From an uncultured Candidatus Saccharibacteria bacterium (GTDB taxonomy: Bacteria; Patescibacteriota; Minisyncoccia; Phycocordibacterales; UBA2100), in NCBI GenBank assembly GCA_964512835.1, contig CAZELA010000001.1, positions 105,372 through 169,371 on the forward strand: 64,000 bases of DNA. Reading direction: 5' to 3'. The notes beneath the pieces were generated by a model, which ran no database searches, was not told where the DNA came from, and worked only from the letters and a program-made list of their open reading frames with translations. A program made the position numbers and the translations under genes. Positions 54,011 to 62,797 of this stretch are shown here, piece by piece. Every line of letters starts with the position of its first letter. The stretch's first letter is position 1.

Positions 54011-54931
54011 ATGGCAAATAGACATCTCGCACGATCAGTAGCACTTCAAGTGCTCTTTGAACGCGACTCCGCGGGCGGGCAGTTGTCTATGGATGATTGT
54101 TTCGGACGATTGGCAGACTATGCCAAGGAGTTCGGTGCGCGAGAGTCCGACATGCCGTTTATGAAGAACCTCCTCCAGACGGCCTGCGCGAAGCAGGGCG
54201 AGATTGACGATGTTATCGTGCGTGCCGCACCGGAGTGGCCGCTCGAGAAAATTGCGGCGATTGATAGAAATATTTTACGCATCGGTCTGACTGAGCTGTT
54301 ATTTGCAGACCGCACACAGGTGCCGGCAAAAGTAGCGATCAATGAAGCGATCGAGCTTGCAAAGGCATTCGGCAGTGCTTCATCGGGCCGCTTCGTAAAC
54401 GGTGTGCTCGGCGCGGTGTATGTGGAACTCGGTGAACCGGGTAAAAACGAAGGCGGGTCGCGCAAAGCACCGATGAATACCGCGAAGATGCCGCTCGAAG
54501 AGCTTGCGGGAGCGGTTGTATTTGCGGAACAAGACGGAGAATACTATCTCGCATTCGTTCACGACATTTTCGGTCACTGGACCATCTCGAAAGGCAAGGT
54601 GGAAGCCGGTGAAGACGTGCAGCAGGGAGCGATTCGCGAGATCAAAGAAGAAATGGGATTGGATATCGAAATTGTCGAAGAGATCGGCGTCAATGAATAC
54701 ATCGCCAATGACTCCAAGATCCAGGGCGGCAAAAAGAAAAAACGCGTCACGTACTTCCTTGCGAAATCACCCTTCACGGATATTAAGCTCGGGCCATCAG
54801 GAGGCCTCGACGATGCACAGTGGTTTCCGCTTGCAGCTGTGGGCGACCTTAACTTTTACGATGACTCGCTGACGAAGATCGTCATTCCGGCGATCAAGGC
54901 GCTCGCAAAGATCCGCGAAGGAAAGAAGTAG
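54011..54931 (+). CDS. nusB: NusB antitermination factor fused to a C-terminal NUDIX hydrolase domain
   Basis: The N-terminal half carries [33 protein letters not shown] (NusB); the C-terminal half carries the Nudix box [23 protein letters not shown]; start trimmed to MANRHLARS. Confidence 0.75.
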   Translation: [306 protein letters not shown]

Positions 54932-54932
54932 G

Positions 54933-55625
54933 GTGCGTATGGATTTCGCACCCTTTGAAGCGAGAATCGGCTACACATTTCGCCGGAAAGAACTGCTTGA
55001 GCAGGCGTTTACGCACCGCTCCTATCTCAACGAGCATCGCGGCAGCGGTCGCGAACATAACGAACGACTCGAATTTTTGGGCGACGCTATTTTGGAACTG
55101 GTCGTTACTGAATTTTTGTTCAATAAATATCCGGACAAACCGGAAGGGGAGCTGACTGCGTTTCGAGCGGCGCTCGTAAATACGGTATCCATTTCCGACG
55201 CGGCACAGTCGCTTGGGATGAATGATTTTTTGCTTCTCAGTAAAGGAGAATCGCGCGATACCGGGCGTGCACGACAGATTATTCTTGCCAATGCGTTTGA
55301 GGCGGTGATCGGTGCGATCCATCTCGATGCAGGTTATCCAGCCTCGCGCGACTTTATTTCGAAACAACTGTTCCATAAAGCCGATGCTGTGGTTGAGCAA
55401 AAGTTGTGGCAGGACGCAAAAAGCAAACTGCAGGAGCTTTCACAAGAAAAGCTGGGCATTACACCCATCTACGAGGTTGTAAGTCAGACCGGGCCTGATC
55501 ACAACAAAGTGTTCGTAACGGGTGTGCGTCTCGGTGCTGAGCGCGTTGCTATCGGCGAAGGACGTTCCAAGCAGGAGAGTGAGCAGGCAGCGGCGGAAAA
55601 GGCGATTGCTGCAAAGGGGTGGTAG
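54933..55625 (+). CDS. rnc: ribonuclease III
   Basis: ERLEFLGDA signature, catalytic domain plus a C-terminal dsRBD. Confidence 0.9.
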   Translation: MRMDFAPFEARIGYTFRRKELLEQAFTHRSYLNEHRGSGREHNERLEFLGDAILELVVTEFLFNKYPDKPEGELTAFRAALVNTVSISDAAQSLGMNDFLLLSKGESRDTGRARQIILANAFEAVIGAIHLDAGYPASRDFISKQLFHKADAVVEQKLWQDAKSKLQELSQEKLGITPIYEVVSQTGPDHNKVFVTGVRLGAERVAIGEGRSKQESEQAAAEKAIAAKGW

Positions 55626-55930
55626 GGCGCTCGCGACCCGTATTATTTTTTGGGTACGAAATTTCCCTGCTGGGAAATTTCTCCGTTCTCGTTTCGCCAA
55701 ACTCGAAAGCCCCAAAAATAATACGGATTCACTCGCTTCTATATGACTCGCTCGGGCCGTCGCGCTCGCGAGCCTCAAAAAAGTACCTATACGCTCGCTG
55801 CGAGTGGTGGATTCGGGTGACATAAAACGTAGCTGCATGCCCGCGTGGGTCTGCGAGCACTTCCTTGTGATTCCGGGCTAGCGGTGGCAGAGTGCCGAAA
55901 GTGTATCGGATGTAGCTAACTGAGGAGGAG
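55626..55930 (+). other. structured non-coding region after rnc
   Basis: 17-bp long-range helix CCGTATTATTTTTTGGG/CCCCAAAAATAATACGG (55636-55653 with 55709-55725) encloses GAAATTTCCC-tgct-GGGAAATTTC; GC palindromes GCTCGCGAGC lie downstream. Confidence 0.3.
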
Positions 55931-55932
55931 TC

Positions 55933-56307
55933 ATGTCACCGATAAGTAAGGACTATCTCGGCGAGGTAATCGCCACGGCGTACCTATTGTTTCTAGGGCT
56001 CTTGTTCAGCGGCCTTGTGGCGGTGTTCGCACCGCGCGATGTCTCGCCGCTCGGGCTGTTTCAGGTCGGGTTTGCATTGTATTTCGTTGCGATCGCGACG
56101 GTGAACAAGACAACGTTCGACCTCTCGGCGCTCGCCGTCACGATTGGCGGCCTTGCCATCAACGATTATGGGCTCAAGATCGTCACCGGCATGACTACCG
56201 AACAGTGGTGGGGCATGTTGCTGATCGCTCACGGAATGCCCGTGGCGATCGTGACCATGATCACGCACTACCGTGACGGCATTTTCAAGCGTTCACCGAT
56301 ATTCTGA
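55933..56307 (+). CDS. hypothetical membrane protein (4 TM)
   Basis: GAGGAGGAG RBS. Confidence 0.6.
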   Translation: MSPISKDYLGEVIATAYLLFLGLLFSGLVAVFAPRDVSPLGLFQVGFALYFVAIATVNKTTFDLSALAVTIGGLAINDYGLKIVTGMTTEQWWGMLLIAHGMPVAIVTMITHYRDGIFKRSPIF

Positions 56308-56321
56308 CCCGGAGGAGAAAA

Positions 56322-56636
56322 ATGATGAGAATTGCTAAGATCGTCGGATTGTTCGCGGCGGTGCTCGCCACTGCGTGGGTCGCGTATGCGTTCTCTGCAT
56401 TGAATCAGCCGAGTGCGTCGTGCCGTGCATACGGCGGCGTCGCCGGGGAACGCGCCTGGAATCAGACTACGCCGACTTGTACCTGGACCGAGGCCGGTAA
56501 CAAGGACCTTCCGCCGGTATTCATGGACGGTCACTCGATGAAGCCCGCGATCCATGCGTTTCGCTGGTGCACCGAGCGGAAAGGCAGGTACACGCTCACC
56601 GGCAACAGCATCACCTGCTACCTGCCGAAGGTCTGA
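56322..56636 (+). CDS. small secreted protein (104 aa, 6 Cys)
   Basis: GGAGGAG RBS; signal peptide MMRIAKIVGLFAAVLATAWVAYA. Confidence 0.55.
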   Translation: MMRIAKIVGLFAAVLATAWVAYAFSALNQPSASCRAYGGVAGERAWNQTTPTCTWTEAGNKDLPPVFMDGHSMKPAIHAFRWCTERKGRYTLTGNSITCYLPKV

Positions 56637-56722
56637 ATCGCGCTTCTATCAGCTCTTTGAAACGTCCCGTAAGCCCAGGCTTGCGGGCGTTTTGCTTTGT
56701 TACAATGAGCGGAACATAGGAT

Positions 56723-58924
56723 ATGTATCTGAAGTCCATCGAACTCGCGGGTTTTAAATCGTTCGGCAAAAAGTCCGAGCTTGTTTTTACGTCGTCCATC
56801 GCGAGTATCGTCGGACCAAACGGCAGCGGTAAATCTAACGTGGCCGAAGCATTTCGGTTCGTCTTGGGCGAACAATCGATGAAGAGTATGCGCTCGAAAA
56901 AGGGCGAGGATCTTATTTGGGGCGGTTCGCCAACGCTTCCGCGCGGAAATCGTGCGGGCGTCAAAGTCACGTTCGACAATTCCACTCGACTGTTGGATAT
57001 CGATTTTAAAGAAGTTGCGATTGAACGCATTGTGTACCGCGACGGTCAGAACGAATATCTGATGAACGGCACCGCGGTCCGCTTGAAAGATGTTATCCGC
57101 CTTCTTGCAGGTGCGAACATCGGCGGCTCGGGCTATCAGATTATCTCGCAGGGAGAAGCAGATCGTATCTTGAATGCATCGCCGCGCGAACGTCGCGAAA
57201 TGGTGGAAGATGCGCTCGGCCTCAAGCTCTACCAGCACAAAAAAGCCGAAAGCGAACGCAAGCTCGAGGAAACAGGCATCAATATTGATAAGACGCGTTC
57301 ACTGCGCCGCGAGATTGCACCGCACCTCAACTTTTTGCGTGTGCAGGTAGAAAAGATCGAGAAGGCGCGCGAAATGAAAGAAGAGCTTGCCGCAAAGCTC
57401 GCGGACTACCTTTCTCGAGAGCACGCGTATCTTACCCAGGAAGACGCGCGGCTGTTAGAAGACGCGCGGGCACACGAACATGAGCTGAAGGCGCTCAACG
57501 AGCGTTTGCGTGAGGCATCGGGCAAAAGCGGACGCGCGGGAGACGATGCCGCACAGGAATTGCAGCGTCGCGTACAGGAACTCACGCAGCGTGTGCAGGA
57601 GACGCGCCGCCGTCGCGAAGAGATCACGCGTGAACTCGGCCGTGCCGAAGGGGCGCTTGAAGCAACCAACATCACGGTAGAGAGCATCGTGCCGGTGCCG
57701 CACGTGCGTCAGTTTGTGCACGAGGTAGACGACTCGCTCTCGGGTGCTGAGCGCTCGGGTGATGTGTCGACGATGCGCACGGTCATTACCGACGTGCGCG
57801 GCCGAATCAAGGCATTCGTCGAAGGACTCTCCGGCACCGCCCCCGAAACAAATCAGGAGGTACAGCAGCAGATCGAACGATTGTCAGCGTCGCTGAAGCA
57901 GGTCAATGAAGAAGAAGCACATCTGACAACCGATATCGAAATGGCGCGGGCCGGTATTGCACAGAGCCGCGAAGCGTCGTTTGCCGCTGAACGTGAATCT
58001 GTGGAATTGCAGGGCAAGGTGCGCGAAGTGCGCCAGATGCTCGATTCTGCAAATGCGGCACGCGGACAGCTTTCGGGGCTGCGCCAGCGCTTTGAAGAAG
58101 AAGTGCGCGAAGGTATCGCGCTGATCGGTGCGGCGGTCCACGCGTGGGACAAAAATTCGATACCGGACGGTGCGCTTTCCGAAGAGCGAAACGTGCAAGA
58201 AAAGCGCCGCCGCGAGATCGAACGACTGAAGATCAAGATCGAAGAGAGCGGTATCGGCAACGGCGACGCGATCGTCAAAGAATTTACGCAGACCAAAGAG
58301 CGTGACGAATTTCTGACGCGCGAGCTCGCTGATCTGGAAAAGAGTGCAGAATCCCTCAAAGACATCATTGTCGAACTGGAAAAAACCATCGACGCGCGGT
58401 TCCACGACGGACTCAAGGACATCAACGTGGCACTCAACACCTTTTTTGCAAAGCTGTTCAACGGCGGGGAAGCGAAGTTTATGGTGGAGAAACCGAAGCG
58501 CGCCTCGCGCAAGGACCTCGATGACGACGAAGAACTCGAGGATACTGTTCCCGAAGAAGAGGAGATCTATGCGGGACTTACGGTATCAGTGCATTTGCCG
58601 CGCAAAAAAGTACACGGACTCGAAGTGCTCTCCGGCGGTGAGCGCGCGCTCACATCGATCGCGATGATCTTTGCGATGTCGCAGGTGAATCCGCCGCCGT
58701 TTTTGATCCTGGACGAAACCGATGCTGCACTCGACGAGGCGAACAGCAAGCGCTACGCCGACATGATCCGCGAATTGGGTCAGAAGTCGCAGCTGATTGT
58801 CATCACGCACAACCGCGCAACTATGGCGGCTGCGGGTGAGCTCTACGGCGTCACGATGGGAAGCGACGGCGTATCGAAACTTCTTTCAGTTAAATTTGAA
58901 GAGGCGACCAAGGTTGCAAAGTAG
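56723..58924 (+). CDS. smc: SMC-type chromosome segregation ATPase, short form (733 aa)
   Basis: N-terminal GFKSF...VGPNGSGKSNV Walker A; C-terminal LSGGERALTSIAMIFA..LILDETDAALD signature/Walker B; a coiled-coil middle about 400 aa shorter than canonical SMC. Confidence 0.7.
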   Translation: MYLKSIELAGFKSFGKKSELVFTSSIASIVGPNGSGKSNVAEAFRFVLGEQSMKSMRSKKGEDLIWGGSPTLPRGNRAGVKVTFDNSTRLLDIDFKEVAIERIVYRDGQNEYLMNGTAVRLKDVIRLLAGANIGGSGYQIISQGEADRILNASPRERREMVEDALGLKLYQHKKAESERKLEETGINIDKTRSLRREIAPHLNFLRVQVEKIEKAREMKEELAAKLADYLSREHAYLTQEDARLLEDARAHEHELKALNERLREASGKSGRAGDDAAQELQRRVQELTQRVQETRRRREEITRELGRAEGALEATNITVESIVPVPHVRQFVHEVDDSLSGAERSGDVSTMRTVITDVRGRIKAFVEGLSGTAPETNQEVQQQIERLSASLKQVNEEEAHLTTDIEMARAGIAQSREASFAAERESVELQGKVREVRQMLDSANAARGQLSGLRQRFEEEVREGIALIGAAVHAWDKNSIPDGALSEERNVQEKRRREIERLKIKIEESGIGNGDAIVKEFTQTKERDEFLTRELADLEKSAESLKDIIVELEKTIDARFHDGLKDINVALNTFFAKLFNGGEAKFMVEKPKRASRKDLDDDEELEDTVPEEEEIYAGLTVSVHLPRKKVHGLEVLSGGERALTSIAMIFAMSQVNPPPFLILDETDAALDEANSKRYADMIRELGQKSQLIVITHNRATMAAAGELYGVTMGSDGVSKLLSVKFEEATKVAK

Positions 58925-58970
58925 TTCAAAGAACAGGTAGTCTCTCGGTAGGAAACAGGGAGAACATCGC

Positions 58971-59780
58971 ATGAACTCGGGAAGAGTTGTGTGGGTCATT
59001 TCGGACTCATCGGGTGAGACAGGCCATCACTTGGCAGAAGCGTGCTTGGAGCAGTTCAGCTCCGTTCATGTTCGAGTGCAGCGCGTGGCACATGTTCGTA
59101 CGACGGAAATGGTGGCGCCGGTGTTTGCACAGGCAGCCGACGCGAAAGCGCTTGTTTTTTATTCGTTCGTGAAAGATCGAATGAGAGAGGCGGCGAAAGA
59201 GAGTGCGGAACATTTCGGAGTGTTTGCGGTTGATGTAATCGGCGGTCCGATGCAGATCGTGGGACAGTGGCTGCAGATGGAACCGTCGCACAAGCCCGGC
59301 CGTGTGCTCGATAAGCAGTACTTTACCCGCATCGAGGCGCTTGCATTTGCGCAAAAACACGACGACGGGCAGCGGCCCGAAGATCTGCCGCTCGCCGATG
59401 TGGTCTTGCTCGGGCTCTCGCGGAGCGGGAAAACGCCGCTCATGCACATGCTTGCGGATCACGGATTGCGGGCGGCGAATATTCCGCTTGTTACGGAGGT
59501 CCCGCCTCCCGAACAGCTTTCGCTCGTGGAGCCGAATCGTGTGTTCCTGCTTCGCATCCAGCCGGAAAGACTCCGTAGTATTCGTATGCAGCGACTGAAA
59601 AAACTCGGCCTAGACGAAAGCTCACCGTACGTGAACCCGCGACTCATTCAAGAAGAGGTGCGGATGATCGAGCGTTTGCATGCGGATCACCCCGAATGGC
59701 GTACCGTCGATATGACACGTCGCGCGGTTGAAGAGGCTGCCGGCGAGATCATTCAGTTGCTCGGTCCGATCGAGGTGTAA
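58971..59780 (+). CDS. PEP synthetase / pyruvate-phosphate dikinase regulatory protein (PSRP/PDRP, DUF299 kinase-pyrophosphorylase)
   Basis: VWVISDSSGETG and the LLGLSRSGKTPL P-loop match YdiA/PpsR. Confidence 0.75.
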   Translation: MNSGRVVWVISDSSGETGHHLAEACLEQFSSVHVRVQRVAHVRTTEMVAPVFAQAADAKALVFYSFVKDRMREAAKESAEHFGVFAVDVIGGPMQIVGQWLQMEPSHKPGRVLDKQYFTRIEALAFAQKHDDGQRPEDLPLADVVLLGLSRSGKTPLMHMLADHGLRAANIPLVTEVPPPEQLSLVEPNRVFLLRIQPERLRSIRMQRLKKLGLDESSPYVNPRLIQEEVRMIERLHADHPEWRTVDMTRRAVEEAAGEIIQLLGPIEV

Positions 59781-59787
59781 AAGGAAC

Positions 59788-59824
59788 GAAGGCCGGTGAG
59801 ATTCACCGGCCTTCTTTGTTTTTT
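59788..59824. terminator. bidirectional terminator
   Basis: GAAGGCCGGTG-agatt-CACCGGCCTTC followed by TTTGTTTTTT. Confidence 0.7.
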
Positions 59825-60398
59825 AGGATGAGGGTCGTTCGCGCTTACGCTTTTCGACTTCGCGCGCCCATGCCTCGTTTGCTTTTTTAGCTAAAGCCGC
59901 GGCAAGGGCTTCGCGTTCGGCTTTGCGGGCGCGCATGACCTCTATCGGAGCGATGTCGCCGATTCCGGCCTCGTACGCGAGATCGGAATTCACGTCTTCC
60001 TGCGATGGGGCAAATGCCTGCTTTGGGTTCTCGTATGCATGGCCGGCTTCACCCACATTAGTCGCACGTCGGTCTTCGATGTTCTTTGAGCGGCGCCAAT
60101 CGGGAAATGAATGTGTTTTGTGTATGTCTGCGTCTTTGAGTTCCTGCGCGGCTTCGGTTGTGCGGCGGGCGATCTCGCCGTCTGTCGCACCCAACAGAAT
60201 GCCTGTACCGAATACGGCAGCGCGAGCCGCGTCTTTGAGGCGGGCCTTCTTTTCCTTTATGTCCTTCTTCTTTCGCTCTAAGCTCACGACCCCATAATAC
60301 CGCACGCGGAGAGTCGCATCGCTGCGTATTTCAAAAGAAAAGGACCGGACGAATCTGTGTTCGCTCCGGTCCCAAGGATCATCGGCTGTTCGCGGCAT
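59823..60398 (-). CDS. hypothetical protein (191 aa)
   Basis: GGAGGA RBS 6 nt before ATG 60398 (MPRTADDPW); the track ORF extends to 60440. Confidence 0.45.
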   Translation of the reverse strand: MPRTADDPWDRSEHRFVRSFSFEIRSDATLRVRYYGVVSLERKKKDIKEKKARLKDAARAAVFGTGILLGATDGEIARRTTEAAQELKDADIHKTHSFPDWRRSKNIEDRRATNVGEAGHAYENPKQAFAPSQEDVNSDLAYEAGIGDIAPIEVMRARKAEREALAAALAKKANEAWAREVEKRKRERPSS

Positions 60399-60642
60399 GT
60401 CGCTCCTCCACGTCGACGGTACATTCGGAAATTTTTTCACCGAGGATGCTCGTTACCACACCCTCAATGTCGGCTTTCTGCTTACACGTGTGCAGGTATG
60501 CACTCGCGAGCGTGATCGCCGCTTCTACAACACACATGGAGTTGTAGATTGCGCCGATCCGCTCAAGCGCATCGCAGAGTTGCCGGTACTCGTCGTGAGT
60601 GAACGTGCCGCGGAGCATAATGCTCGCGCGGGGTCTGTGCAC
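60379..60642 (-). CDS. small hypothetical protein (about 88 aa); start uncertain (GTG 60642 with an AAGGAGG RBS, or TTG 60672)
   Basis: Strong SD; 20-nt overlap with the downstream gene; a competing plus-strand ORF 60397..60678 cannot be excluded. Confidence 0.35.
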   Translation of the reverse strand: MHRPRASIMLRGTFTHDEYRQLCDALERIGAIYNSMCVVEAAITLASAYLHTCKQKADIEGVVTSILGEKISECTVDVEERHAANSR

Positions 60643-60773
60643 CTTTACCACCTCCTTTCGACCTTCACTCAATCATGAATCGGCTGTGGTGCAAATGAAG
60701 GGCGGATGGAGGCCGAAAGGGCAAGATTGGACCACGATTTGACGGTCGATGCCAACTTTGCTAAAGTCCTGCC

Positions 60774-61154
60774 ATGTTGAAAATTCGTATGCAGCGAGTG
60801 GGCCGCATTAACATGCCGTCATACCGCATTATCGTGGTGGAACACACCGAAGGACCGAAGACCGGCAATATAGTCGAGAAGGTAGGTACCTATAATCCCC
60901 GCTCAAAGGAGCGCGCGATCGATGCCGATCGTGTGAAGTACTGGATGTCAGTCGGCGCACAGCCGTCGGACACCGTGCACAATATGTTGGTCAGCCTTGG
61001 TATCTTGAATGCCAAGAAGATCAACGTACTTCCGAAGTTTGTAGAGCCGGAGAAGCCGGCAGAGGAGGTAAAGGAGGAACCGAAGGCAGCAGCACCGGCA
61101 GCCGCTGAAGAAGCAGCACCGGAAGCAGCAGCTGAGGAAACTCCGGCCGCTTAA
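60774..61154 (+). CDS. rpsP: 30S ribosomal protein S16 with an Ala/Glu/Pro-rich C-terminal tail
   Basis: MLKIRMQRVGRINMPSYRIIVV...EKVGTYNP. Confidence 0.9.
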   Translation: MLKIRMQRVGRINMPSYRIIVVEHTEGPKTGNIVEKVGTYNPRSKERAIDADRVKYWMSVGAQPSDTVHNMLVSLGILNAKKINVLPKFVEPEKPAEEVKEEPKAAAPAAAEEAAPEAAAEETPAA

Positions 61155-61230
61155 CCACACAAGGGTTTTGACCCGACGCTCTCCGAGCGTTACTCTGTAG
61201 GTAATTACCTCTAACGACTGTACGACTGAT

Positions 61231-61620
61231 ATGGAACGCGACCAGCAATTTTTGGACTACGTGATCAAGGCGCTCGTAGATCATGCGGAAGATGTAAAAA
61301 TCACCCGTGTTGTCGACGAGATGGGAGTGCTGTTGACGCTTTCGGTCCACAAGGACGACATGGGCAAGGTGATCGGACGCTCGGGTGCAACCGCCAAGGC
61401 GATCCGCACCATCCTGCGCGTGGTCGGCATGAAGTACGACGCCCGCGTGAACCTCAAGATCGAGGAGCCGGAAGGAAGCGAGCGCGGTAACGGGCGCGAC
61501 ATGGCAAGCTCTGACGACGAATCAGACACGCCGGAAGATCCGGGAGCGTCCGCAGGTAGCTACCAGCGAGACACGACCGTAGACGACGTGATCAACGACC
61601 TCAAAGAGGGTCGAATGTAA
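61231..61620 (+). CDS. KH-domain RNA-binding protein (KhpA/UPF0109-like) with an acidic tail
   Basis: VIGRSGATAKAIRTIL KH GxxG loop; sits in the conserved position after rpsP. Confidence 0.8.
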   Translation: MERDQQFLDYVIKALVDHAEDVKITRVVDEMGVLLTLSVHKDDMGKVIGRSGATAKAIRTILRVVGMKYDARVNLKIEEPEGSERGNGRDMASSDDESDTPEDPGASAGSYQRDTTVDDVINDLKEGRM

Positions 61621-61635
61621 TCAAGCCTCAAAACA

Positions 61636-61673
61636 AAAACACCGCCCGAAGTAAAAATCGGGCGGTGTTTTTA
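61636..61673 (+). terminator. rho-independent terminator
   Basis: AAAACACCGCCC-11 nt-GGGCGGTGTTTT. Confidence 0.7.
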
Positions 61674-61738
61674 ATTGCTCGACAGGGTAGGTACAAGGTC
61701 TATACTCAGGGTCCTTTAGAGGAACTTATTTCATATAT

Positions 61739-62518
61739 ATGAATCCGCAGATTCCGACCCGTCGCATCGCGCAGGCTATTGCGCTCCTTATCATTGTTGT
61801 TCTTGGATACGCGTTTTTCCCGTTCACCATCATCAATGCGGGTGAGCGCGGTGTGGTAACGCGCCTCGGCGCATACGTGCGCACCGTGGATCCGGGTATC
61901 AACTGGGTCACACCCATCATCGAACGCGTGAGTGTGTTCGACGTTCGTACGCAGAAAGAGCAGACCGACGCATCAGCAGCATCGAAGGACCTGCAGACCG
62001 TAAACGCTGTTGTGGCGGTGAACCACAATGTGGACCCGCAGAAGGTGGGCGAACTCTATGTAAAAGTCGGTCCGGAATACAAGACTCGCATCATCGACCC
62101 GGCAGTACAGGAAGTCGTGAAAGCGGTAACTGCACGCTATACGGCGGAGGAGTTGCTTACCAAGCGCGCTATCGTGACCGAAGAAATTCAGTCGCTCCTT
62201 TCGAATCGCTTGTCGACCAACGACATAGAGGTAACGGCTGTGTCGATCGTGAACTTCAACTTCTCGCCCACGTTCAATGCGGCGATCGAAGCAAAGGTAA
62301 CGGCAGAACAGAACGCGCTCGCCGAAAAGAACAACCTTGCCGCGGCGCAGTACCAGGCACAGGCGATCCGCGTAAAGTCCGAAGCGGCGAACAACGAGAA
62401 ATACATTCAGCTTCAGCAGCTCGAGGTGGAGCGAGCCGCGATCGAAAAGTGGAACGGCGTGTTGCCGACTCAGATGATTCCGAACGCTACGCTCCCGTTC
62501 ATCAACCTGACGAAATAG
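61739..62518 (+). CDS. SPFH/band-7 (prohibitin/HflK-like) membrane protein
   Basis: N-terminal TM; ERGVVTRLG...V.PG.NW..P; a coiled-coil C-terminus. Confidence 0.8.
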   Translation: MNPQIPTRRIAQAIALLIIVVLGYAFFPFTIINAGERGVVTRLGAYVRTVDPGINWVTPIIERVSVFDVRTQKEQTDASAASKDLQTVNAVVAVNHNVDPQKVGELYVKVGPEYKTRIIDPAVQEVVKAVTARYTAEELLTKRAIVTEEIQSLLSNRLSTNDIEVTAVSIVNFNFSPTFNAAIEAKVTAEQNALAEKNNLAAAQYQAQAIRVKSEAANNEKYIQLQQLEVERAAIEKWNGVLPTQMIPNATLPFINLTK

Positions 62519-62530
62519 GGAACGTCTCCG

Positions 62531-62563
62531 AAAGCACCGCCGAACGGCGGTGCTTTTTATTTG
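62531..62563. terminator. bidirectional terminator
   Basis: AGCACCGCC-gaac-GGCGGTGCT followed by TTTTATTTG. Confidence 0.7.
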
Positions 62564-62739
62564 TTGCGAAGGCGACTGTCCGGGGTGTCCATGGGGATGG
62601 TGATGTCTGCACCGTTGTCGGAAAGCGACATGTCGTCAATCGGATTCCGTATTGCTGCTGCGGGGTTTGCCGATAGCAGCATCGCCGCGAGAATCGGGAT
62701 TGTTGAAATGTGCTGAAGTCGCCGAAACTTCTTTGCCAT
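62557..62739 (-). CDS. possible small secreted peptide (60 aa)
   Basis: Signal-peptide-like MAKKFRRLQHISTIPILAAMLLSANPAAA; no SD; weak support. Confidence 0.25.
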   Translation of the reverse strand: MAKKFRRLQHISTIPILAAMLLSANPAAAIRNPIDDMSLSDNGADITIPMDTPDSRLRNK

Positions 62740-62797
62740 ACCTGTAATACACCGAGGCATCGTTGTTTATTTCATGGGCCTACAGTAAGGTGGCCGC

